Source: Octopus bimaculoides (lineage: Eukaryota). From it: a stretch of 52,921 bases of DNA. The position numbers and the translations under genes are program-made. Below, one piece after another: positions 37,801 to 50,425 of the stretch (position 1 is the first letter of the stretch; each line of letters begins with the position of its first letter). The notes beneath the pieces were generated by a model. The model was not told where the DNA came from, did not search any database, and worked only from the letters and a program-made list of their open reading frames with translations. The stretch spans positions 20,843,801 to 20,896,721 of the forward strand of contig NC_068995.1 of the NCBI RefSeq assembly GCF_001194135.2, given 5' to 3'.

Positions 37801-39959
37801 TTACTTTTCTTACTCCATGGCACAATAAAACTGCTGGCAGTAGATAAGAACCTAACACCCACTAGATAGTAGTCTGACAATGTACACACTTGGCTATTCG
37901 CCATCATTCCGTTAAAAAAAATCTGCTTTTTTATTTAGTTAATTAACATTCAGAGGAAAGTCAATAAAGAAAATTAGTAAAACTTACGCACATAGACTTA
38001 TACGCACATAGCGACATACTTGTTAATACAGATTCATACAGACATTCACACATAAACGCACATATATTTTACACTCAAACACAAGCAGCATGTTAATCTT
38101 AAGTAGCTAGCTAGGCTTAAAATAGCAGTAGATGTATGAAATGTCATCATATTCAGTGTAAATAAAGTGTGGTTGGTAGAGCTTAAAATATAGACTAAAT
38201 ATCATTCTTAGAGTGATGTACGTTATCACAAATCCAGATGTTCCGATGTAATAGTAGTGTTTAGTGAAGGATAGACGGAAATAAGCGAAATTGTATACAC
38301 ATACATACAAGTATGTGTGTATGTGTGTGTGTGTGTATGTCTCTCTCTCTATATATATATGTATGTGTATATATATATGTATATATATATATATATGTGT
38401 ATATATATATATATATGTATNNNNNNNNNNNNNNNNNNNNNNNNNNNNNNNNNNNNNNNNNNNNNNNNNNNNNNNNNNNNNNNNNNNNNNNNNNNNNNNN
38501 NNNNNNNNNNNNNNNNNNNNNNNNNNNNNNNNNNNNNNNNNNNNNNNNNNNNNNNNNNNNNNNNNNNNNNNNNNNNNNNNNNNNNNNNNNNNNNNNNNNN
38601 NNNNNNNNNNNNNNNNNNNNNNNNNNNNNNNNNNNNNNNNNNNNNNNNNNNNNNNNNNNNNNNNNNNNNNNNNNNNNNNNNNNNNNNNNNNNNNNNNNNN
38701 NNNNNNNNNNNNNNNNNNNNNNNNNNNNNNNNNNNNNNNNNNNNNNNNNNNNNNNNNNNNNNNNNNNNNNNNNNNNNNNNNNNNNNNNNTACACACACAA
38801 ATGTGAAAGAGAGAATAAGAGAGGGAGAAAGAGAGACAGAAAGAGAGAGAGAGAAGAGGATGTGGAATAGAGAAATAAATATAGAAATAGAGAGAACATA
38901 GAGAAAGATGTTAAATCAAGAAAATCAATGTGAAAGAATCTAAGAAATTGTTGTTCTTTTTTTTCACTTCATTGTTGGTGCTTTCGTTTTGTTTTTATTG
39001 TTGCTGCTGGCTGCTTCCGGTGTTGTTTTGGTTGCTGTTGTTGTTGTCTGTTTGTTGTTTTCCTATTGTTATTTACTTTTTATTATTGCTTTTGTTGTTG
39101 TTTTTGTTGTGTCTACTTCTGCTGTTGTTGTTCTTTTCCGTTACAGGTTTCACTCATTGGAGCGCAACCATGTTGCGACAGATATATTGCTTCCAACATT
39201 TCCCTAATGAATCAATTTAGAAGTATTTTCACACCTCGGTTACATGGAAATGCACTTGCTTCATTCTCCTTATGCGTAACACTTGCTTTATGTTGAACTT
39301 TCGATACTACGCTCCCGTACGGAAAGGATAAATGAGGAGTGAGAAAAATGCAAAGAAAAGAACAAGCGTCTCTCCATCAGACCAAGAGCCTAGGCCTGAA
39401 ACATTAAAGGCTTCTTCCAACTTTCTTCAGTTTCCTCCTAAGACACAATATTTGTTTACAGAGAAAATTTCGAATTGGCCTCATAAATAAATTCTTCATC
39501 CTTTATATTTTATCTTATCTGATTTAATAACCAGCAGATGTGCATAATATCGGAAGATCACAAACTCATAATTCACTTAAGACTCGGGTTGAAAACTGCA
39601 CTTTGACTCACTAAAAGGCCTATGACTCTCATTTCGAACTTAAATCTAAGGCCAGGATGGGATCAATAATATAGTGGTTTCTACACCCCTCACGCTTTTC
39701 TCTCTCAAAAACTATAGTAATCAAGCAAAGTAACGATAGCCAGCGTAGTTCTAAAAAAAAAACGTTTTACAGTCAGCTCTGTAACCGTCTTGTTACTTTT
39801 ATTGTGACTGCAGCAGTTTGTATACATTATCATTATTATTTATGTTGATATTTTTGTTGAATTTCATTGCTAGCATTACTGTCGTTATTCTTACAATTCT
39901 GTTGTTGTCGTCATTGTTGTTGGTGTTGTTTTTTGGTATTGTTGCTATTAATATTGTCT

Positions 39960-40520
39960 CTATTATTAATAACGATGTTGTTTATGTTGTCGTTGTTGTT
40001 GTCGTTGTTGTTGTCGTTGTTGCGTCGCTGTTGGTGGTAAAGATATTATTGCTCCGTTCATCACCGACATTAGATTGTTAATCAACTTCTTGTTCACGTT
40101 CATGTTGCTGCAGCTGCTTCTGTTGCCGCCGTTGCTGCTGTTGCTGTTGTTAATAATAATAATAATAATAATAATGAAGAGGATAGTGATGATGTTGACG
40201 CCGATGATGATGATGATGGTGATGATAATAATAAGAATGATGAGAAGAATGATGATATTTAGAATGTAACTGACATTGGAACTCATTCTGCTTCTATTGT
40301 TCTTATTATGAATGATGCTGTTGCTGTTGATGCTGACACTAATGCTGACACTGATGGTGATGATGATGATGATGATGTTTCGGGATGTTGCCAATATTCA
40401 TGTTGACGCTTTTGTTGTCTTCTTCTTACCGTCGATTTTATTATTGTTGTTTTTGCTGCTGCTGTTGTTATTGTTGTTGATGGTGATGATGATGGTGGTG
40501 TTTTTGTTGTTGTTGCTGTT
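39960..40520. repeat. Degenerate GTT/GAT/AAT triplet low-complexity
   Basis: Read directly. Confidence 0.85.
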
Positions 40521-40998
40521 CTTCATGATAAAGTACATTCCTGCTCAAATATTTCGTTTCGTGCTAAAAGTGTGTATTTATTTTGTTTTCAGCAGAAAAA
40601 TTGTTTTTTCTAAGTGAAATGAAAGACTGCACAAAAAAATAAAAATAAAAACGAGCAAAGCTGAAACAAATAACAATAACAATAAATAAACAAACAATAT
40701 TAAAAACAACAACAAGAAGCAAACAAGAAAACACAAACCCACACACACACGTATACAGACAAAACAGCATCATACAAGAAGTCAAAAACGAATGCCTTAG
40801 CAACAAACTTGGTAACAGAAATTCTGTTCGTAGGTGGTACTGACTAACTTAGTTGGAACTAAATATATGGGCACACGTTCATACATGCCGGAGTAGATCA
40901 CTATTCCCTGGCAGAGATCTGGCTACATATTATATCAATTATACACCACAGAAAGCACATCATAATGCTTGGTTGAACATTTAGAAGTGATAAATTAT

Positions 40999-41070
<72 letters not shown>
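40999..41070. repeat. (AAT)n/(GAT) array before the gap preceding an R4-like fragment
   Basis: Read directly. Confidence 0.9.
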
Positions 41071-41748
41071 NNNNNNNNNNNNNNNNNNNNNNNNNNNNNN
41101 NNNNNNNNNNNNNNNNNNNNNNNNNNNNNNNNNNNNNNNNNNNNNNNNNNNNNNNNNNNNNNNNNNNNNNNNNNNNNNNNNNNNNNNNNNNNNNNNNNNN
41201 NNNNNNNNNNNNNNNNNNNNNNNNNNNNNNNNNNNNNNNNNNNNNNNNNNNNNNNNNNNNNNNNNNNNNNNNNNNNNNNNNNNNNNNNNNNNNNNNNNNN
41301 NNNNNNNNNNNNNNNNNNNNNNNNNNNNNNNNNNNNNNNNNNNNNNNNNNNNNNNNNNNNNNNNNNNNNNNNNNNNNNNNNNNNNNNNNNNNNNNNNNNN
41401 NNNNNNNNNNNNNNNNNNNNNNNNNNNNNNNNNNNNNNNNNNNNNNNNNNNNNNNNNNNNNNNNNNNNNNNNNNNNNNNNNNNNNNNNNNNNNNNNNNNN
41501 NNNNNNNNNNNNNNNNNNNNNNNNNNNNNNNNNNNNNNNNNNNNNNNNNNNNNNNNNNNNNNNNNNNNNNNNNNNNNNNNNNNNNNNNNNNNNNNNNNNN
41601 NNNNNNNNNNNNNNNNNNNNNNNNNNNNNNNNNNNNNNNNNNNNNNNNNNNNNNNNNNNNNNNNNNNNNNNNNNNNNNNNNNNNNNNNNNNNNNNNNNNN
41701 NNNNNNNNNNNNNNNNNNNNNNNNNNNNNNNNNNNNNNNNNNNNNNNG

Positions 41749-42003
41749 GAAAAACTTTCAAAATACAAAGACCTGGAAATAGAGGTAACTTGAATGTGGA
41801 ATCTAAAAACAGAGACAATTCCTATCATAGTTGCACTACTGGGCACTGCACACATCCTACGCAAAACACTTTCAATACAGTAACCATAAGAGCATCACAG
41901 CAAACCACAGCACATGCCCAAGGCACACAGAGCTGCGCTCGGTAGTGAAGTGAAAGCACGTTATAAAAAAAAAACCTACTGAACAATAATAATAATAATA
42001 ATA
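41749..42003 (+). mobile_element. R4/Dong-like lineage A 3' end with in-frame internal deletion and (AAT)n tail
   Basis: EKLSKYKDLEIEVT*MWNLKTETIPIIV|ALLGTAHILRKTLSIQ*. The 3' UTR is near-identical to the reverse complement of 50011-50110. Confidence 0.9.
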
Positions 42004-42074
42004 TTAATGATTGGAAGTGTTATAATGTACATTGATGTATCTTGGTATAAAAGATGGGCTGCTACAAATATTCT

Positions 42075-42255
42075 GCTCGAAGGATGAAAGGTAGAATTTG
42101 AACTCAGAACGGAAAAATGGTCAAAATAACGAGAAGAATTTTTACCGGCCCCGGAGGGATGGAAAACACTTTTGATCTCGTTGGGATTTAAACTCACAAT
42201 GTAAAGGAGACGCAAAAATGACGGAGGCATTTTGTTTGACCGTATTATAAACACT
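42075..42255 (-). mobile_element. Two partial old SINE S2 copies
   Basis: ggatgaaagg...atttgaactcagaacg and gggatggaaaac...tttgatctcgttgggatttaaactcac. Confidence 0.6.
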
Positions 42256-42534
42256 AGTGATTTATCAATACAGAACTACCAAACTACCTACCTACCTACG
42301 TATATACATACATACATACATACATACATACATACATGTGTGTATATGTGTATGTGCACATATGTATGTAAGCATGCATTTATGTACGTATTTATGTATG
42401 CATGTATGTGAAATAAACGGGTGTGTGAGAAAACATGACAGAAAAGATGAAGTCTTAACAACAGAATTAAATGTTGGTACATAAAAACATGAAAATAATT
42501 GTAACTCATTCACGCAATGATAAAAGTGCTGGAT

Positions 42535-42790
42535 GAGTACAGCGACCCCACCAGTCTGTTCCTGGTATTGATGACACTGCGGATGAAGCGACTCTGCTCG
42601 TTTCTATTCTTATTGTTGTCAAGGAGGGGAACAATGATTTAGTTGTAGTGACATCTTTTTCAGCTTCTGTGGTGTGTGGGATCTGCTACTTTCTATCATG
42701 TTGTTGATTTTGGCACATAGTACAAAGGTGGTTTATGTGAATGCACAGTACTTGAAATTTGTGCCTTATAACGATATCATAAATGGATTT
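42535..42790 (-). mobile_element. Possible CR1/L2-like LINE 3' fragment
   Basis: FIRSVINTRNRL resembles the terminal FxxRVVNxWNxLP motif, with KINNMI upstream. Confidence 0.3.
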
Positions 42791-44062
42791 CGATTCAAAT
42801 TCTGGATGGTTTGTATATTTGACATAACTCTGTGACATTTATGTTACGTCGCTACTTAAAAGTAGAAACAAATCTCTAACCAACACTTCTCAACTGCGGT
42901 CTCAGCGTTTGGCCCGTAGTTTCAAGGTCACAAATAGCATGGCTCTACCTCGTTTTGTATGTCTCTAACGAACTTACATATTACACCGTCCTAAATATTC
43001 TGAGACCAGTCTGTGTGTCACTGAATTAGATATAAATGCCGACTACTACATCACCTTTACTCTTACTTTCTTCGCAGGTCGCTGGACCCATATTTCGGTT
43101 CACATCCACGTGATTACGCTCTTAATATTGAAGGCATTCTCGAAACCTTCCCTGTATTCAGAGAGATCTCTTTTCTTTTGAGAAACAAATACGTCATTGT
43201 CATCTGTGCCATATTTTTGCGAACTCCTAGGATGACAAGACACTGTTTTGATGACGTATCGTGACGTTTTTGTTCTCTTTGTTTTGCTGCATTAGGGGAA
43301 AGTTCAAAACATTAAAATCAATTGTGATAGTGGTTAATGAGTTAGTAGTTGAAGTTGTCCTTTTATTAATATTCTTGTTAATATTGTTTCGGTCACTTTT
43401 GCCAATGTTATGGTTACTTCTGATAGTGCCACTCTCAATACAGAAGCTTGTGTTAAGATTTAATGTTCATTGCAGCGATGTTCTCTTATAATCGTCCATG
43501 TCATTGTTCAACGTATTTTGGGATTCATTACACAAAGCATCTACTTTCTTTTTTCTTGCAAGTCGTAAAGTAATATTATTAAGATGAAGAAGATGAAATT
43601 TTTTTCTGGATGCGGATGTTATCACCATATTGAGTTGACTTCTCTGACCGCCACTAATGAAGACGATTTGTTAAAATTAATCAAAGAAATACAAAAGACG
43701 TTCGGCCAGCAATCAAAGTTACATTGAACAGCCTTTTCCTTGAGTTACGAAACAATAGAACAGAAAACTCGCTCGCATTTTTTAATGTCATAACGGAGAA
43801 AAATGAATGAGCTGCCGTAGGCGGCACTCCAATGAGAAAATATAAAATTCTGCCAGCGAGTCAGATCGCGTCTTCTAAAGGCAAAAATCTTGCAGCAGTA
43901 GTAGTAGAAATAGTAGTAGTAGTAGTAACAACAACAACAACAATAATGATAATAAAAATTTTCCTTTATTTGCGTATGGACGAAACGTGGGAAGATCTTC
44001 GAAAAGTGTGTAGATTTCGAAAAGTAAAAAGTAACTGAAAATATACACAATTTACAAAATGA

Positions 44063-44063
<1 letters not shown>

Positions 44064-44103
<40 letters not shown>
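44064..44103 (+). repeat. A40 homopolymer
   Basis: Counted directly. Confidence 0.95.
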
Positions 44104-44105
<2 letters not shown>

Positions 44106-44598
44106 AAACAAATTATGTCTTTAGAGTAGGATAGCCACTTATAGATTTACTGAAAGATCTCCACATCTCTGAATTATCCTGAACTATCAAAGTCCCTCGC
44201 ACAACTCTCATTCACCAGCTAACAGGACCATGTTGTGATATTTTCCTTCGGTTCATAGTTGCTACTCTCATTCACACCTCAACAAATCTTCTGGAGAGAA
44301 GTATTTCCATGTTTATCATTAGATTCCGCTTCAATTATAACTTGAGATGTGGTGATGAGTGTTTCGACTAACGACGAAAGTGTTTACCTTTAATCATTTT
44401 AGTCAAGTTCCCCATACATCTTCTTTCGCCACGGCCTCCAGAGAGAGGAAACTGAACTATCTTTTGCAACAGGATGAAGACAGCAAGGTGACCGTCACCA
44501 TGGGCTCGACCGATATGCTGATTCGTCTTACCTGTAACAATAAAAGCTCCACAAATCAGCAGTGCCCGAATACAGGGCCACTACGTGTACAACAGTTT

Positions 44599-45006
44599 CG
44601 TAGGAGTGGCTGTGTAGCAAGTAACTTGCTTACGAACCATATGGTTCCGGGTTCAGTTCCGCTACGTGGCACCTTGGGCAAGTGTCTTCTACTATAGCCT
44701 CGGGCCAATCAAAGCCTTGTGAGTAGATTTGGTAGACGGAAACGGAAAGAAGCCTGTCGTATATATGTATATATATATATGTGTGTGTGTGTTTGTGTGT
44801 CTATGTTTGTCCCTCCCAACATCGCTTGACAACTGATGCTGGTATGTTTACGTCCCCGTAACTTAGCGGTTCGGCAAAAGTGTCCGATAGAATAAGTACT
44901 AGGCTTACAAAGAATAAGTTCTGGGGCAGATTTTCTCGAGTAAAGGTAGTGCTCCAGCATGGTCATAGTCAAATGACTGAAACAAGTAAAAGAGGGTAAA
45001 AGAGAG
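44599..45006 (+). mobile_element. tRNA-derived SINE S1, near full length
   Basis: Collinear with 25681-26115, with the same head, CORE-like domain and tail. Confidence 0.92.
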
Positions 45007-45229
45007 CTCTGCAGGTATCTGGATCAGCTTTGAGCAAACCAGGGATTTCTGAAAGTAACCCATAGTTCACTAAATAGAAAAAAAGCTGTGGAACAGACTA
45101 TCCAGTAGATTCTCATCGACGCTAGATAGAAATATTCATAGACCCACCTAACTTGATAATGCAGTCGCTGTAATTTGCTCTCAGAGAATAACAGATTCAG
45201 CTTCCAATAGCTGTGTTTCTGTTTATTCA

Positions 45230-46600
45230 TTTACATTTTACGGGCAGTTATGTAGATCAAATTTACGGTTTGTGTCATTGATCAGATCAAATTGTGGACA
45301 CCCTAGAGAATTCCATTCAGATGGACAACGAAATACAATAATGCTGTGGTTCCATGTTTACATAGATGAATTCTTGAAAATCAAGTTCATATATGTCAAA
45401 CAGATGTGACCGTGCTTTTGCGTACACGTTTCCTATTGGTTAACTCATATAATTTAAGTGTTGATTTAAAATGGTAATCTAATCGATTACTATCACTTAA
45501 GAGCCGGTCCAGTTGCACAACGCTTTTAGACGACTGATGAAATCTAATCACGCTATTACAATTAGGACGAATGCCGCCACAATTCTGAACTGCCTTCGAT
45601 AGTGCTCTTATCGAGTACCAGCTAGTCACCGATTGTCATTGCCGAGATATTCAGGCTTTTCAAAACAATACTACAAACCATTGCCAAATTCTGGGCCAAC
45701 AACAAGATGTATACAACTAATAGTCGTAAAAGATCGGTGTGTGTGCGCGTTTCCGGAAATCCTGGTCTTGCGGCTGGTTACCTCATCTGTATCTAGCTAC
45801 CTGAAACCATCAAAGAAGTGGTCTTGCTTTCAAGTTAACCTCAGTCCAGTCAAGAGTATACTAAAATTTGGTATTGTGTGGTCCACGCGACAAGGTTGAT
45901 GTCACTCCATATCCCTCTAAAATATTTCTTCTCTTGAGGCCATTTTCTACTCGATGACCATTTATCGAAAGCATAGTTATGCTAATGGAATGTCACTATT
46001 CTTCTGACTTATTTCTCAAAAATCTTTGAAACGCAAAAGTGGTGCTCCTAACATCTCTCCAGATAATGTTTGATTTCTGTTAGGTCTATTTATCTTTTCC
46101 AGAAATGTTTTCAGTTGTTTTCACAGATGTTGCAAAGCGACATGAACTTGTTCTTACTGGATTTTATATGTTTGGTGTAACTACTAATGTGGTTGCGCTG
46201 GCTACAGTAAATATGGTATGGTGATGATAGCAGAAGTTCAAAAGTTGTTGCATTTAGTGGAAATATTCCTGGTGAAGAAAAACGGTAGTTACATGATAGT
46301 TTATATACTGACGACGTTTGTCGTTTCATAGCATCTTCATCACACTTAATCGTCTAAAGAACAAGTACATATAAATCTATCATTCCTTGACTTGGTTAAT
46401 GGAAATTACATTCTTCTACGCATCACCTATATCTTCTAACCTATTACCTGCAAATATTTTTATCTTGCCTATTCCCCAATGTATTTTACGGGCCCCAAAA
46501 TTCAGTACCCCCTGTAACACAACTCTCTTATGTCAATCCTTTGTACAGGAGCCAACCCATGTCTGGTCCACTATATTTTGTCGGTGGCTACGCTCATAAA
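45230..46600 (-). mobile_element. Possible highly decayed CR1/L2-like LINE
   Basis: Ordered motifs VVLQG, KIKIFAGN (compare LFADD), LSKAVQ (compare LExVQRRA) and RCPSEWNSL (compare R...WNSLP). Confidence 0.35.
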
Positions 46601-47035
46601 TCTACTGGCAAAATTTCATCTTGCGTGTGATAATGTAGGAATGCTTTTGTTTTTGTAAAGTATATCTGTTTGTGTGAAGGTTATTTTCTTTTAATAACTT
46701 GTCTCCTTTTTTTTCTTAAACAAATTTTCTGTTATTTCTATGAGTGATGTAACTGTTGCTGCCATATTTATTGTAGCCTTCTCCCTCTGCCACCTCAGTA
46801 GCTTCTATGTTTACAAATATTACTTGTTTTAAAAAGTGTCTGACGGCCAAAAATTCAAAATGCTAAGTAATTTTCATCATACAAAGGAAGTGAAAAAAAA
46901 CTCAAAAAAAACTCAAAATAAACACACGAAAGACTCTTCACACAAACACGATACACAACTTTCACACTCGTAAAGTAATCCTATACTTTATTAAACAAAC
47001 GAACTCGCAAAAGACACGTCCAATATTGGCAATAA

Positions 47036-47083
47036 ATAATAATAGTAACAATAAAAATAATAGTAACAATGATAATAATAATG

Positions 47084-47128
<45 letters not shown>

Positions 47129-47182
47129 TGTATTACTGTTGTTGTGGTTCTTCTTCTTCTTCTTCTTCTTCTTCTTCTTCTT

Positions 47183-47272
<90 letters not shown>

Positions 47273-47310
47273 ATTATTATTATTATTATTACTATTATTA
47301 TTATTATTAT
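47036..47310. repeat. (AAT)n - spacer - (TTC)n - (TTA)n compound, inverted triplet array
   Basis: Read directly. Confidence 0.95.
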
Positions 47311-48964
47311 TTTACTCTCCACCCTTAAAAGAAACACGACTTGCAGTAAAGAATAAAACATGAAGCCCGAAAGAAGTAATATGTACCATGCTAATTTAAA
47401 CTGTTGTTAATTAGATTTTTGGAAATTGTCAGATGAAAACAAGGTATTGAAACTTAATTTTAAACCAACTAGCACAATAATGGCATCGATAACAACAGCA
47501 ATAACAACAAAAATAATATCAATTAACAATTAATGATTGATGTATGAGAAATAGCTTTTGTTGCAAAAATAAAAAAGAAATATGAATGCTTAACATGAAA
47601 ATTCTTTAAACAGATACAGCTATTTAAAAAAAAAATAACATCTGTGTAGCAAATACACTGCAAAACAAGCCAATTAATGATGGATGCTGTTGATATTGGA
47701 GAGAGAGAGAAAGTGAGAGAAGTGGGGATTTACAGCTGGTCAATATGTAGTTGTTGAAATTAAAATTGAAAGAAAGACAAACCATAGTCGGATGCTCATT
47801 GTCTTTACGTCCGTGTTTTCTCTACCATTAAACAATTCTAACCACATCGTTGCGTTTAGAATTTCCCCTTCTTGAAAAAACAACAAACAAAATTCCATCG
47901 GATTATACAGGAGTCCACTGAACAAAAGACGTGTTGAATAATGTAGTTTTAAATACCTGGAATATGTTTTAAGAGGTTCATGGGTGTGACATTTTGGATC
48001 ATAACCATGTAAGCCTGGAAGCATCACTTACCTAGGGCTAAACAACGCTTCTTGAAAATATGCGTTTTATGATCTCAAACAGGTGCCTATTATAAGGTCA
48101 CTCAATCTATTAGAAATAACAACCAAATCCCTCTCAAATCTCCATATGCCATCTTAAAAAAAAGACGTAAACGATATTATAGTGCGAGATATATTACGGC
48201 TACGAAATGGCGTGATGGTTACAGAATATATACAAAGCTGTAGGCCAATGATAATAGATCTGCTGGATTAGGACTAACTTTGGACTAAGCAAGAACAAGA
48301 ACAAGAACAACAAGAACAACAATAATTACAATAACAAGACGTCCAAGAAGAAAAAAGCAACAAAAAGTTTTTCTGCATCTTTTGCAAACATTTTATTCCG
48401 ATGTTTTCCACCAAAATTAATTAATTTCGTGAATGTCCAGAGTCAATAAAGATACGCAGTTGGTTTAATGGGAAAATAGTTCACGTTTACATTAAATATA
48501 AGAAACTCTACATGGTTACTTGACTTGCTGGACATATCAACAATATATCCTCCAAATCATTGCGTAGTGTTTAACAAGCATAAAGACCCATTGAAAACAT
48601 GTTGGCATGGACATAACTGAAATACCTTCCACTATAGTGCTGTTTGATCAAAAATGACTTGGAGATAAATAACACNNNNNNNNNNNNNNNNNNNNNNNNN
48701 NNNNNNNNNNNNNNNNNNNNNNNAACAACAACAACAACAACAACAACAACAACGGCAACATATAAATGGCATTCTGTTCAATGAAAAATTTTTTGAATTG
48801 TCTGAATTGTTAGACACCAGCTTTAGCTAGTGCCTCCCACCACAACATCAAGTCAACTAAAATCTATTTTATAAGGTTTGGTGGAGGGTAACTGCACCGA
48901 AATAGGTTGGGAAGACTGTAAATCAAAGCACCAATTATCTGGGGGAATATTACCCTTGGGTCAG

Positions 48965-49245
48965 AGCACATGGCCTTGTGGTTAAGCTGTTGCACTCACA
49001 ATCCGTGACTGTGGAATCAATTCTTAGACCGGGAAGTGCGTTGTTGTTCTTGAGCAAAACACTTCATCTAACGTTGCCCTACAATCACTTTGAAATACCG
49101 TGCACCTGTTCAGGCAACGTCGGTTTCATGGACGGTGTGTGAGCTAATGTACAGCGCATACATTTCATCATTATAAACAAATCATCTGTGTAGGTCTTTC
49201 TGCCAAAAGTTCAACTCTCATACGGGCGAGTCCATCATCCCCCTT
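48965..49245 (+). mobile_element. tRNA-derived SINE S4 (S3-like head and core, different 3' half)
   Basis: catggccttgtggttaag...ctcacaa...ggaatcaattc (A and B boxes) and core gcgttgttgttcttgagcaaaacacttcatctaacgttgc. The 3' boundary is approximate. Confidence 0.65.
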
Positions 49246-49829
49246 GAAATGTCACATCGTAGATATTCTACTGACCCAAATGCAAGAGTGCTGAGGAGGT
49301 GTTTCGTGACAACATGGGTACCTAAAGCAATTCGTAAAAGCATGGTGCATGATACCTAGTCACTGACGTTTGCGAGAGACGGCCTAAATTCTTTAGATAA
49401 ATAAAAATCAAATTAGACTTTAACCCGTTCTCTCTAATGCTAAAGGATGGTGATGATTCTATCATAATCTGGCGTTTGAATTATTTGACGTAGTGTATGT
49501 GTATCTTTTTCTGTGCCTGACGCGTATGTGTCTAAGTCAGTGCATATGCGCGCATGTGTGTGTATTGAATTCTTTATTTCAAAATTTTCACAACGCATTT
49601 ATGAATTAAAAAAAAAATGCTAAAAAATTATTAAAAAACAACAAAACAAACTTAAAATGTTAGTAGTCATGGTAGTGGCGATGAAGGTGATGCTACCTGC
49701 AAACACTAGATTAACAACAACGGATAAACGGAATATTCTTTCTTTCTTCGCATATTTTACTCTTTTTCTTTATATATACTTATCAGCTCCATCCCCACAA
49801 CCACCATCAGCATCAATACTGCTGCTGAC

Positions 49830-49830
49830 G

Positions 49831-49898
<68 letters not shown>

Positions 49899-49943
49899 CT
49901 TCTTCTTCTTCTTCTTCTTCTTCTTCTTCTTCTTCTTCTTCTT

Positions 49944-50010
<67 letters not shown>
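49830..50010. repeat. (GTT)n(CTT)n(ATT)n compound array at the 3' end of lineage A
   Basis: Read directly. Confidence 0.95.
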
Positions 50011-50012
<2 letters not shown>

Positions 50013-50338
50013 CACTAGTCTTATTTCTATCACGTGCTTTGACTGCACTACCGAGCGCAGCTCTGTGTGCCTTGGGTATGTGCTGTGGTTTGTTGTGATA
50101 CTCTTATTTTCAGTGTATTGAATGTGCATTACGTAGGATGTGTGCGGTGTCTAGTAGAACTATTTTCTGTAGGTTATACCCATTCGTAAGTCCCGGTGTT
50201 ATTGTTATGTATTTGTCATAAAGTTTTTCAAGTATACCTAACGCACCTATTATAGGGATTGTTTCTATTTTTATGATCCACATTTGAGTTACCTATATTT
50301 CCAGATCTTTGGATTTTCATATTTTCTCCGTTTCTTTT
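50011..50338 (-). mobile_element. R4/Dong-like lineage A: distal half of RLE and 3' UTR
   Basis: KETEKI*KSKDLEI*VTQMWIIKIETIPIIGALGILEKLYDKYITITPGLTNGYNLQKIVLLDTAHILRN, then the 3' UTR shared with 41885-41985. Confidence 0.9.
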
Positions 50339-50352
50339 ATCATCATCATCAG

Positions 50353-50415
<63 letters not shown>

Positions 50416-50425
50416 CATTATTATT
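50339..50425. repeat. (ATC)n(ATT)n array, tail of lineage B
   Basis: Read directly. Confidence 0.95.

Noticed and set aside
39375-39405. gagcctaggcctgaaacatt as a third hammerhead relic
   Set aside because: The CUGANGA core is unrecognisable and no stem I can be found.
44064-44103. A40 as the tail of a processed pseudogene
   Set aside because: No AATAAA within 10-30 nt upstream and no convincing target-site duplication.
47740-48035. 95-aa minus ORF and nearby GTAAGT donor
   Set aside because: No recognisable domain, and the donor lies within an old repeat-like ctagggctaaacaac motif.
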